Origin: Thaumarchaeota archaeon UBA164
GTDB lineage: Archaea; Thermoproteota; Nitrososphaeria; Conexivisphaerales; UBA164
Length of the DNA: 64,000 nucleotides
Assembly (NCBI GenBank): GCA_002499005.1
Contig: DAJU01000010.1
Coordinates: 201,302 to 265,301, forward strand
Reading direction: 5' to 3'
Under the pieces are notes generated by a model, which saw only the letters and a list, made by a program, of their open reading frames with translations, ran no database searches and had not been told where the DNA came from. Made by a program: the position numbers and the translations under genes. Positions within the stretch are counted from its first letter, which is position 1. The number at the start of each line of letters is the position of its first letter. This document shows, piece after piece, positions 19,550-28,564 of the stretch.

Positions 19550-20270
19550 GCCATCCGTAACCCTCTGAGTCTATCCTTTCAGCAAGCTCCGGGCCTCCGC
19601 TTGTAACTATCCTCCCGCTGTGCATAACATAGACGCTTTCCGGTCTTACGTACTTCAGGATCCTTGTGTAATGAGTTACAAGCACAAGCGCAGTGCCATA
19701 TTTTTTGTTCATCACGTTAAGGGCATTTGATATCCTTTCCAGCTGATCCACGTCAAGCCCTGAGTCTATTTCGTCCAGTATAGCTATCTTTGGCTGTAGA
19801 ACCGCCATCTGTATTACTTCAAGCCTTTTCCTTTCTCCTCCTGAAAGGCCATCGTTTACCGGCCTTTGAAGAAGTGACTCGTCAAGGCCAAGCTCGCTTA
19901 TCTTTGACTTCACTAGCTTGTTAAAGGAGTATGTGCTGAGGTTCTGCCCTGTGATTGAATTGTAAGCTGCCTTTATAAATGAAAGGGCCTGAACGCCGGG
20001 TATTTCGACAGGGTTCTGAAACGCCAGAAATATCCCGAGCCTTGCCCTTTCGTTTGGCTTAAGGCCAACTATGCTTTGCCCCATGAACTTTATGTCACCC
20101 TCAATAACTGAGTACTCTGGGTGGCCCATTATCGCATAGCTAAGGGTGCTCTTGCCCGATCCGTTTGGGCCCATAAGGGCATAAACCCTTCCAGGCTCAA
20201 ATGTCAGTGTCACGCCGTTAAGTATAACCTTCCCGTTAACCCCAACCTTGAGGCCCTCAACGCTTAACAT
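19530..20270 (-). CDS. sufC: Fe-S assembly ATPase SufC
   Basis: GPNGSGKST, GHPEY, FLAFQNPVEIPGV, LSGGERKR, DEIDSGLD; probable ATG 20270. Confidence 0.92.
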   Translation of the reverse strand: MLSVEGLKVGVNGKVILNGVTLTFEPGRVYALMGPNGSGKSTLSYAIMGHPEYSVIEGDIKFMGQSIVGLKPNERARLGIFLAFQNPVEIPGVQALSFIKAAYNSITGQNLSTYSFNKLVKSKISELGLDESLLQRPVNDGLSGGERKRLEVIQMAVLQPKIAILDEIDSGLDVDQLERISNALNVMNKKYGTALVLVTHYTRILKYVRPESVYVMHSGRIVTSGGPELAERIDSEGYGWLGIETA

Positions 20271-20441
20271 TCTGGCGTATGTGTGTTTAACATCGTTAAA
20301 ATGGTTTACTGACAATTTAAAACCCTGTTATAAAGCCTGAGCTCTCTACCGTGAGCGAGGAGCCATTTTGCACGCAACGTTCTGCATATAACACAACTAA
20401 TGAGGATAAGAATTATATACTCATTATGTAAAGACAAGGCC

Positions 20442-20612
20442 ATGAGCAGCTCAAGGAAAAAGAGGACGGTCATGCCCCTCTCAAGCGCAGGATTGATGAC
20501 CTTCTATAGCAGCGATGAACCGGGCGTTAAGGTGGGGCCTGTAGGGGTCCTTACAATAACTGTGGCGTTCACGGTTGCCTCCATACTCCTGTTGATATTT
20601 AAACCAGTGTAA
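20442..20612 (+). CDS. Preprotein translocase subunit Sec61beta
   Basis: Basic N-terminus, SSAGLMTFY, KVGP, single C-terminal TM. Confidence 0.85.
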   Translation: MSSSRKKRTVMPLSSAGLMTFYSSDEPGVKVGPVGVLTITVAFTVASILLLIFKPV

Positions 20613-20618
20613 CGGGAA

Positions 20619-22253
20619 TTGGAGAAGGTAAACCAGAACATATCCAACTCCATTAGGGCCGCGTTTAGCCTTCCCACGAACAGGTACGTGCTGCCTGCTG
20701 TGCACTTGGCGATGGTGCTTCTGTTGGAGATGTTTCTTTACTTTTACTACCATGCCTCAATATATCTGGCGCTGCTCTCCCCGGTGCTAGCCCTTTTTTA
20801 TGTATTTGCCGTCAGGCTTGTTGCAGGGACCCAGGTAGGATACGCTACGGTTAGAAGGGTTTCGGCCACGCATGCATTTTTTCTTATGCTTATTTTAATA
20901 ACGGCTGCAATAGACGCGCTTGCGCGGGCAGGCCTAAGGGCATTTTTAACGGCTTCCCTTGCCCTTGCCGGGTTCATGTACATAATCCTCAGGGGCGAGT
21001 TCCTTGGAAGGGCCCAGGCTGCGGCCTTTCTTGCCCTGTACTTCGCGCTTCTGTTTATGCCGCTGATGCTGAAGCTTGGTGTGCTGCTTAGCCTGGCCTC
21101 CGTTGCGCCGGTTTTGGCAAGCTATGCGGCCACCGCTGCTTTCCTAATTGTGGCCGGCAGGTACACGGAGAAAAAGATAGGCTATAAAATGCTCGAGGCC
21201 TCAAAAAGGGCGCTTGAGGCGTGGATGATTGGCTACACCCCCGGCCTCGAGATGCTGTTTGAAACTAACTCCACACAGGTTAATGTAAAAACGTATGCGC
21301 TGGAGCTCAATTACGGCGATCAAAAGGATGTCATAGTTGTTCCTCCGCTTCACCCAGGGCCTTTCAAAGGCGTTGGCGGTTACAACCTTACAGAACTTGT
21401 TCACCAGGAAATGAAAAAGTTGGGTTACAGGAACTGCATAGTGCTTCACTCAGCATCAAATCACGATATGAACCCTGCCTCAAGGAGTGAAGCGCTAAGG
21501 TATGCGAGGTCCCTGCGTGAAAGCGCCGCAATGTCTCCTCTTGACGACGCCTGTCTGCTTGCGCAGGAGGGCGAGTTCTTTTACCACTATGGCATCTGTT
21601 CAGAATCCTTTAAGCTGATAATAGCAGATCCAAAGGTTACAATGGACGACTACCCACAGGGATATATTTTAAAGGTTCTTTCAGCAGGTCAAGACGTCAT
21701 GATCGTGGACTCCCACAACAAGCTTTCAACTACATCGCCTCAGGTTAACTATGACGAGCCCCTTGAGCTGGCCCTCAGGTGCAGCGGGGGGTGCAAGGAG
21801 AAAATGTTTGCTGACGTTAAACGGCTCAGCTTCACGTCAGAGGAGGTGGGGGAGGCAGGTATACACGCTGTTTACATTTCAAACGGAACCACGGATCTAA
21901 GACTTCTTGTTGTTGATTCAAACAACGCAGTCCCGGAAGCGTATGAAGCAGTTAAGGGCTGCGGGTATGTTCTGGTGACAACCGATACACACGTATCTGC
22001 GACTTCAAAGAACAAAAAGGGGTACTGGGCTTTTGGCGAAATAGCTGACATAAAAGCGCTGTGCAGGGAGCTTCAGTCAATAACCTTTGAGCCCCATGAG
22101 GTCAGGCTAAGCATGCTCAAGTGGACACATAAGGTAAAGGTTGTTCAAAACGGCATGGCCCTTATCAGAGAAGCAATGAGCGGTTCCCTAAAGTATTTCA
22201 AATATTACCTTGCGACAACCGCTATTATATATCTTGCAGCATTTGTTGTTTAG
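20619..22253 (+). CDS. Membrane protein, DUF2070-like
   Basis: N-terminal TMs then HPGPF, HSASNHD, DSHN, DSNN, TTDTH motifs. Confidence 0.75.
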   Translation: MEKVNQNISNSIRAAFSLPTNRYVLPAVHLAMVLLLEMFLYFYYHASIYLALLSPVLALFYVFAVRLVAGTQVGYATVRRVSATHAFFLMLILITAAIDALARAGLRAFLTASLALAGFMYIILRGEFLGRAQAAAFLALYFALLFMPLMLKLGVLLSLASVAPVLASYAATAAFLIVAGRYTEKKIGYKMLEASKRALEAWMIGYTPGLEMLFETNSTQVNVKTYALELNYGDQKDVIVVPPLHPGPFKGVGGYNLTELVHQEMKKLGYRNCIVLHSASNHDMNPASRSEALRYARSLRESAAMSPLDDACLLAQEGEFFYHYGICSESFKLIIADPKVTMDDYPQGYILKVLSAGQDVMIVDSHNKLSTTSPQVNYDEPLELALRCSGGCKEKMFADVKRLSFTSEEVGEAGIHAVYISNGTTDLRLLVVDSNNAVPEAYEAVKGCGYVLVTTDTHVSATSKNKKGYWAFGEIADIKALCRELQSITFEPHEVRLSMLKWTHKVKVVQNGMALIREAMSGSLKYFKYYLATTAIIYLAAFVV

Positions 22254-24748
22254 GCTGACGCGCACGCGCTCCAGCCGCATACTGGGCATGTTGCGCACCC
22301 TTCCTTAAACACAAGCTTTGACCCGCAGACCGGGCAGACCTCTGGCTGCGCTGGCTCAGGCGGAGTTACCACTGATATCTTCGCCGCCGGCTTTGCTTCA
22401 GGGGCCTTTGCTGCTTTCTGCTCCCCAGGCGCCTTAAGCACCTGGGTCTGTATTGACCTGTCTCTGTAAATAGTCACGTCCTTTACGCGCAGATCGTGCG
22501 CCAGCAAAATCACATTCCTTACTTCCTCAGGCGTTACGTTTGAAGGCATGTTTATGGTCTTTGATATTGAGCTGTCTACCCATCTCTGGAACACGGCCTG
22601 CGCCTTTACGTGATCCTCAGGTGATATTTCAAGCGCAGTTACGAACACCCTCCTTAGCTCTTCTGGTATGTAGTTTATGCCCCTCAGCATGCCGTTGTTC
22701 CTCACAACATCGTTAACTAGGTCAGCGTCATAAAGACCAAGCCTTCTCATTACTTTTTCAAACACCGGGTCAACGTACTCAAAGCTTCCTATTGTTACGT
22801 TTTTTTCATAAATAAGTGAAAAGACCGGCTCTATTCCGCTGCTTGTCCCCGCTATCATCGATATGCTGCCCGTTGGAGCTATTACCGTGGTGTAGGCGTT
22901 CCTTATGCCGGTTTTCTTTATCTCCTCTGCCAACGCCTCCCAGTCAAAGTGCCAGGACTTCTTGTCGTAAAAGCCTTCAAACGGAAGCTGCCCCTTTGCA
23001 TAGGAGCTCTTGGCAAAGAGCGGGAACGGCCCCCTTTCTTTAGCCAGCTCAACCGACGCAACCTTTGAGTGGTAGTTTATGAACTCCATTAACCGTTCCA
23101 TGAAAGCCCTGCCCTCGTCGCTGTCGTAGGGAAGCTTAAATTCAAACAAAAGGTCAGCAACGCCCATAACGCCCAGCCCGATCTTTCTTGTCTTCTTTGT
23201 CATCTCCTCTATCTGCTTGAGCGGGTACTTGTTGATGTCTATCACGTTGTCAAGGAACCTTATAGCAAGAGTTATGGCCTCTCTCAGCCCTTCCCAATCG
23301 TACTGCACATTGCCCGAATCGTCCTCCTTTACAAAGGACCAGACGTTTACGCTTCCAAGGTTGCACGATTCATACGGATAAAGCAGGACTTCGCCACATG
23401 GGTTTGTCGAAACTATTGGGCCAAGCGCCTCAAGCGTTGGGTTGTACCTGTTAACGTTGTCATAAAAGATAACACCCGGCTCGGCGCTTTCCCAGGCCTG
23501 GTACGCAATAAGGTCAAGCAACTGCGCGGGGTCCACCTCGGCGGTTACCTGGCCGTTCCTGGGGTTTACAAGCTTGTAGGGCTTTCCGTTGTAATACGCT
23601 TCCCAGAAGTCGTTAAGCACAAGAACCGATATGTTAAAGTTCCTTAGCGCTTGGTTGCCCTTCTTGGCTGTTATGAACTTGATTATATCCGGGTGATTTA
23701 TGTTTAGAATGCCCATGTTTGCGCCTCTTCTGACGCCTCCCTGTTTTATAACTTCAGTCATTGCGTCAAAGAGCTTCATGAAGCTAACCGGGCCGCTTGC
23801 AACCCCGCTGGTGCTCTTAACAAAGTCCCCTTCAGGCCTTAGCTTGCTGAAGTTGTAACCTACGCCTCCTCCTGCTTGGAATATAAGGGCCGCCTGTTTA
23901 AGGGTCTCCATTATTGACTCAAGCGAGTCCTCTATGTCGAGCACAAAGCAGGCCGAGCCCATGCCAAGTATTGAGCCAAAGTTTACAAGCGCTGGGGTGT
24001 TCGGGATGAACTTCTTGGTCACCATAAGGCTGTAAAACCTATCTATCATCTCCTCAGCTTCCCTGAATGCCCCTTCGTTCATCATCTTAACTAGCTCCGA
24101 CCAGCTAACCTTCACGCGGCCCTCCGAGTTCATCTTGTCGTAAAGCTCCTTGAGCGCTCTTTTGTGATACACGTTAAGCTCATACTTGCCTATGGTTATC
24201 CTTTCATCTTCCTTAAGCGGCTCCGCGGGAAACGGCTGCCCTCCTTCTGGCCTGAAGACCCTCCTGTCATAGATAACCTCGGGAAGCCCTACATGAACGG
24301 CAACCCTGGTGAATAGCTGCTTTGGGGTCTCTATCAGGTTTCCCTTTTCGTCCTTTCTCAGGTACCTGCTTGCAAGAACCCTTAGGCCGTTAAGGTCAAA
24401 GACCTTGTCAACCTCGTCTATGACGTCCTTCTGCAGAATCCTCTTCTTTTCCTCCCTTATTTCGCTCCTCTTCTGCCTGTAAAGTATGTAGGCCTTTGCT
24501 ATCTTTGCCTGGTTCTTTTCTATGAGCTTCCTCTCAACTATGTCCTGTATTTCTTCAACGTGCGGGGTACCGCCCTTTAGCTCGAGCTCCTTAACCACCA
24601 GATCTGCAACTTCCTCAGCAAGAGACCTATCGTAAACGCCAACGGCCTTTTCGGCCCTCCATATAGCCTCAACTATCTTGCTCCTGTCAAACGGAACGAT
24701 CCTCCCGTCCCTTTTCTTAACAAACTTTATCTCACTTTTTGCCTCCAT
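22250..24748 (-). CDS. nrdJ: Class II (B12-dependent) ribonucleotide reductase with ATP-cone
   Basis: VKKRDGRIVPFD ATP-cone, SACFV, TNPCGE, CNLGS, IAPTGSIS, C-terminal CPVC..CPVC. Confidence 0.95.
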   Translation of the reverse strand: MEAKSEIKFVKKRDGRIVPFDRSKIVEAIWRAEKAVGVYDRSLAEEVADLVVKELELKGGTPHVEEIQDIVERKLIEKNQAKIAKAYILYRQKRSEIREEKKRILQKDVIDEVDKVFDLNGLRVLASRYLRKDEKGNLIETPKQLFTRVAVHVGLPEVIYDRRVFRPEGGQPFPAEPLKEDERITIGKYELNVYHKRALKELYDKMNSEGRVKVSWSELVKMMNEGAFREAEEMIDRFYSLMVTKKFIPNTPALVNFGSILGMGSACFVLDIEDSLESIMETLKQAALIFQAGGGVGYNFSKLRPEGDFVKSTSGVASGPVSFMKLFDAMTEVIKQGGVRRGANMGILNINHPDIIKFITAKKGNQALRNFNISVLVLNDFWEAYYNGKPYKLVNPRNGQVTAEVDPAQLLDLIAYQAWESAEPGVIFYDNVNRYNPTLEALGPIVSTNPCGEVLLYPYESCNLGSVNVWSFVKEDDSGNVQYDWEGLREAITLAIRFLDNVIDINKYPLKQIEEMTKKTRKIGLGVMGVADLLFEFKLPYDSDEGRAFMERLMEFINYHSKVASVELAKERGPFPLFAKSSYAKGQLPFEGFYDKKSWHFDWEALAEEIKKTGIRNAYTTVIAPTGSISMIAGTSSGIEPVFSLIYEKNVTIGSFEYVDPVFEKVMRRLGLYDADLVNDVVRNNGMLRGINYIPEELRRVFVTALEISPEDHVKAQAVFQRWVDSSISKTINMPSNVTPEEVRNVILLAHDLRVKDVTIYRDRSIQTQVLKAPGEQKAAKAPEAKPAAKISVVTPPEPAQPEVCPVCGSKLVFKEGCATCPVCGWSACASA

Positions 24749-24789
24749 GGCACCGTCAGCCTCTTGTCTTGTCTAAAAAATATAGCTTG

Positions 24790-24809
24790 TTGTAAAATTA
24801 TTTTTACAA
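24790..24809. promoter_or_regulatory. Inverted repeat upstream of nrdJ
   Basis: TTGTAAAA-ttat-TTTTACAA, 42-61 bp upstream of the nrdJ start. Confidence 0.5.
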
Positions 24810-24970
24810 ACTTACGCGACAGCGGTTTAAGCAATGTGACGAAATAGGATTAAAGCTGCCGCCGAAAGCCTTGAGTCCAGCGCACATTACAAGTTAAAAA
24901 TGAAGCATAAATAAAAAATGCCACTTATAGTAAGCGCTTGAATCATTAAAAAATAAGCCTTTGTAAATCG

Positions 24971-26404
24971 CTAATTCGGCTTTTCCAGGTATGACTTAAG
25001 CTCTCCCTTTCTCCATTTATAGGCCACATATATCACTGAAATGATCAGCCATGCTATTGCCCCGTAAAGCCCGTAATTATAGGGTGAGCTTATGCCATTA
25101 TAACCGTAATACCCTGCCAGTATGAAAAGAGCCACTCCTATAAGGCCCAGTATAATTGCGCCGACGTTCACCGCGTTTAGGCGCTCCTTTATTTTGCGGA
25201 CGAAGTTTATGTAGGAAATGTTTACTATTGAGTGGTAGATAACCCAAGCGAAGGTTGTAAGCGCTCCCCAGAACACCCAGGAGTAGAATATTCCAAGCGA
25301 GTAGCCAAAGAAGTTGTAGAAGAGAAGCGTTCCGCCAACCCCCATGATAAGCACTATTATAAGCTCAAGCAGGGCAGCATATATTGGCGTCTTAAACCTT
25401 TTGCTTGTCTTTGCCAAGGTCTTCGGGAACAGGAATTCGTCCCTTGCCATGGCATAGATTTCCCTTGCAGCCGCCATGCCGACCGCTGAGCCACACCAGA
25501 GCTGCCCTATAACCGCAACCGCGAAGAAAACCATAACTGGCCAGAACCCGACGTATGGCAGCATCGCGACTATTGCTGGGTTCCAGTCATTTGAAAGCGA
25601 TGCGGCGTTCTGAAGTCCAACCGCGGCTACCTCCGCGTACATCATCAGCACGCTGAAGAGGGTTACAGTTATTAGAGCTATTATTATTGAAAGCGGCACG
25701 TCCCTCTTGGGATTCTTTGCCTCCTCAGACATGAACAGCGGCGCACCGTAACCGGTAAAGGTCAAAAAGCCTCCGGTCATGATGGCCAGCATTAAGCCGC
25801 TAAACCCTCCAGGAGCTACCCTTGGATCAAAGGCGGCAAGCGAGTTGTAAGGAGTTTTAAATATTACTGCCGCGGCTAGAACTCCCCCTACTATTATTTG
25901 CGCTAACGCAATTACCATTAGCAGCTTTGGCGAGTACCTTACATCTAAAACAGTCATCACAAACATCACAAATGTGAATAGAACGCTCAGTATTATGTAA
26001 AGCCAGATTGGCATTGTGTAGTTAAATATGTATTGGAGCCCGGTGGCCAGCACATAGCTTGTCGGTATTACAGCTGAAAGATCAGCCATAATATAATAGA
26101 ATAGGATTGTCATGGCGGTGAACTTGCCCACTGGCTTGCCCAACCCTGCCTCAACAAACGCGTAATAGCCCCCAGCGTGGTGGATCTTTCTGGCAAAGAG
26201 TATTATTGGGATGCTAACCGCAAGCGTAACCAGTCCAGCGAATATTGGCACGAGCGGAGCTGCAAAGCCTCCGTAGACCACAGCTGTGGCTGCGGTTGTT
26301 ACGGCAAAAGAAAGAGGGAATATGTTTACCAATGAGAAAGATACCAGCCCAAGCAGTCCTACTGCGTTTTTTCGAAGCTCAGTTTCCTCACTCTGCACTG
26401 CCAT
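24971..26404 (-). CDS. APC-family amino acid/polyamine permease
   Basis: ~12 TM, AGGYY, FTGYG..SEEAKNPKR. Confidence 0.88.
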   Translation of the reverse strand: MAVQSEETELRKNAVGLLGLVSFSLVNIFPLSFAVTTAATAVVYGGFAAPLVPIFAGLVTLAVSIPIILFARKIHHAGGYYAFVEAGLGKPVGKFTAMTILFYYIMADLSAVIPTSYVLATGLQYIFNYTMPIWLYIILSVLFTFVMFVMTVLDVRYSPKLLMVIALAQIIVGGVLAAAVIFKTPYNSLAAFDPRVAPGGFSGLMLAIMTGGFLTFTGYGAPLFMSEEAKNPKRDVPLSIIIALITVTLFSVLMMYAEVAAVGLQNAASLSNDWNPAIVAMLPYVGFWPVMVFFAVAVIGQLWCGSAVGMAAAREIYAMARDEFLFPKTLAKTSKRFKTPIYAALLELIIVLIMGVGGTLLFYNFFGYSLGIFYSWVFWGALTTFAWVIYHSIVNISYINFVRKIKERLNAVNVGAIILGLIGVALFILAGYYGYNGISSPYNYGLYGAIAWLIISVIYVAYKWRKGELKSYLEKPN

Positions 26405-26426
26405 TTTATTTCTTTAAACAGGCTAT

Positions 26427-26448
26427 CGATATAAAAATTTTTATATCG
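26427..26448. promoter_or_regulatory. Perfect 22-bp palindrome over the TATA box of the APC permease
   Basis: CGATATAAAAATTTTTATATCG is self-complementary and lies 23-44 bp upstream of ATG 26404. Confidence 0.6.
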
Positions 26449-26581
26449 CCAATTACATGAATGAACATGAAGCAAGAGAGCAGTATTCAGCCTACGCTTC
26501 ACGTTAAATTTGGCTGATAGCGCCCTTTGGTTTCTTAGTTTTATCATTAAAGTAAAGAGGCTTTGCGGCGACCTGAAAAAT

Positions 26582-27625
26582 TCAGCGCGCTCTTCTGCTA
26601 ATTAAAATCTTAAGCGATGAATCTTTATCATCCCATACGCTGATTGCCTTGTGTATGTCCTCAAGCATGAACCTGTGACTGACCAGCCTGAGCATCTCCT
26701 GGCTATGCTCCTTTAGCATTCTGTACGCAAGCTTGAATTCTTGGTATGTGTAGCCGTAGCTTCCCTGAAGGGAAACTTCCCCATAATGAATAATGTTTGA
26801 ATCTATGCTGTACTTGCTCCTTCCAGGAGGCAGACCTGCAAATATGTTCACCTTTCCGCCGTACGCTGCAAGCTCAAGAGCCTCCTGCACTGTCTGCTCA
26901 TTTACCACTGTGACGGAGACGCCATCAAAGCCGTGCTTTAGGTCATTCTTTATTGAGCCAACGGTGTTGCCCCCATTTTGGTAAACGCGAGTGGCGCCTA
27001 GCTCTTCAGCCAGCTTAAGCTTCCACTCGTTAAGCCCAATTACCGTTACGTCGTTTATACCAAAGGCCTTTGCGGCTATCACGTGCATAAGTCCCATGGG
27101 CCCGTCGCCTATAACAAGCATGCTATCGCCGTAAGACAGGTTCAGCTGCCTTATGCTGTGTACGGTGCAGGCCAGCGGCTCTGCCATGGACATCGCCTCA
27201 AGAAGCTCTGGGCTCTCTATCTTCAGAACACCTCCCCTTTGAAGGAACCTGCTTGGCACTAGCATATAATCCGAATGCGCTCCATCAACGTTATACCCAA
27301 GTGATAGCGGATCCTCGCATAGATTCTCCTTTCCTTTTATACATGATTCACATTTGCCACAGTACGCATCGGCTGCAACAACCGCCATGTCCCCAGGCCT
27401 GAAGCCCTCTACGCCATCGCCAACTTCATATACATAGCCGGAGACTTCATGCCCGAGGACTATCGGATAGTTAACGTTTGACCTCCCGTACTTGTAAATC
27501 CTTACGTCAGATGGGCACAGGCCAGAGGTGTGCACCTTTATTGTAATTTCGCCGGGGCCCGGCCTTGGAATCTCCCTCTCCTCTAACCTTAGATCGAGGG
27601 GCCTGTACAGCACCGCGGCCTTCAT
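26582..27625 (-). CDS. Zn-dependent polyol/alcohol dehydrogenase (sorbitol DH-like)
   Basis: CPSD, GHE, CxxCxxC..C structural Zn, GDGPMG. Confidence 0.88.
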   Translation of the reverse strand: MKAAVLYRPLDLRLEEREIPRPGPGEITIKVHTSGLCPSDVRIYKYGRSNVNYPIVLGHEVSGYVYEVGDGVEGFRPGDMAVVAADAYCGKCESCIKGKENLCEDPLSLGYNVDGAHSDYMLVPSRFLQRGGVLKIESPELLEAMSMAEPLACTVHSIRQLNLSYGDSMLVIGDGPMGLMHVIAAKAFGINDVTVIGLNEWKLKLAEELGATRVYQNGGNTVGSIKNDLKHGFDGVSVTVVNEQTVQEALELAAYGGKVNIFAGLPPGRSKYSIDSNIIHYGEVSLQGSYGYTYQEFKLAYRMLKEHSQEMLRLVSHRFMLEDIHKAISVWDDKDSSLKILISRRAR

Positions 27626-28410
27626 GGCCTATCTACTATCCTTAATGCTTCTTCCGCGCTTTTGCCTTCCCTTACTATCGCGGAAAGCGCAAGGAGCGTG
27701 TTAGATGGGCTTTTGCTTTGCCATACGTTTCTGCCAAAGCAGACGCCTATTGCACCAGCTTTCATTACGTTTTCTGCAAACACCAGGACGTCCTTAACGC
27801 TGTTCATTTTAGGCCCTCCTGCGGCGACAACTGGAACTAAGGAGTTCCTAATAATCTTTGTATAATATGAAACATCCTCAGGGAAATAGGTTTTAATTAG
27901 ATCGGCGCCTTCCTCACTGAGCGTCCTGACGCCCTGCCTTAGAAGCTCAGCCTTGTCTGTTGGCGAAGAAGGCCATGTATCAACCTCACCTATGAGCGGC
28001 ATCCCCATAGAGTATGCCGCGTCAGAAATTTCCCCAAAGTCGGCAAGCATGTCGTTTTCCTTAGGGTGCCCCACTATTATTGTGTAAACGACCGCGTCCG
28101 CGCCCTTTAACAGGGCATCCTCCACGCCGCTTATGACCCTTTCATCAGTAACGTCGGGTGACGTCCCGGTAGCTCCATTAACCCTGTAAACAACGCCAAG
28201 CCTCCCAGCAACAAGCCTCCAGACCCTGGCAAGCATCCCCCGCCTAAGCAGCACCGCGTTTGCGCCGCCTTTAACAAACTCGTTTATGAGCCGCTCTGGA
28301 TCCTCGAGCTCCTGGTAATAGCCCTCTATTGCATGGTCTATTGGGACAATTACCGTCTTTCCATCGCTCCCAATTATCCTTGAGATCCTTATGGATTTCC
28401 CCAGATTCAT
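27622..28410 (-). CDS. Class I aldolase, DhnA/FbaB/LsrF family
   Basis: PIDH, ADLIKT (Schiff-base Lys), AGGP, GRNVWQ. Confidence 0.85.
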   Translation of the reverse strand: MNLGKSIRISRIIGSDGKTVIVPIDHAIEGYYQELEDPERLINEFVKGGANAVLLRRGMLARVWRLVAGRLGVVYRVNGATGTSPDVTDERVISGVEDALLKGADAVVYTIIVGHPKENDMLADFGEISDAAYSMGMPLIGEVDTWPSSPTDKAELLRQGVRTLSEEGADLIKTYFPEDVSYYTKIIRNSLVPVVAAGGPKMNSVKDVLVFAENVMKAGAIGVCFGRNVWQSKSPSNTLLALSAIVREGKSAEEALRIVDRP

Positions 28411-28564
28411 GGGAAATAATCATCAGAAACCTATAATAAAGCGTTTCTAGCGCATGCATGAAGTTTAATTGCGTGTTAAATTTTTTAGATTGGTCACGGC
28501 TTTGTTTAAAATATGTGATTCGCGCTAAAAAAGTATAAATTTAAACCGAGATAACATTGGCTAA

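Noticed and set aside
22250-24748. Intein in nrdJ
   Set aside because: The length is normal for ATP-cone NrdJ and no intein splice motifs or LAGLIDADG segment were seen
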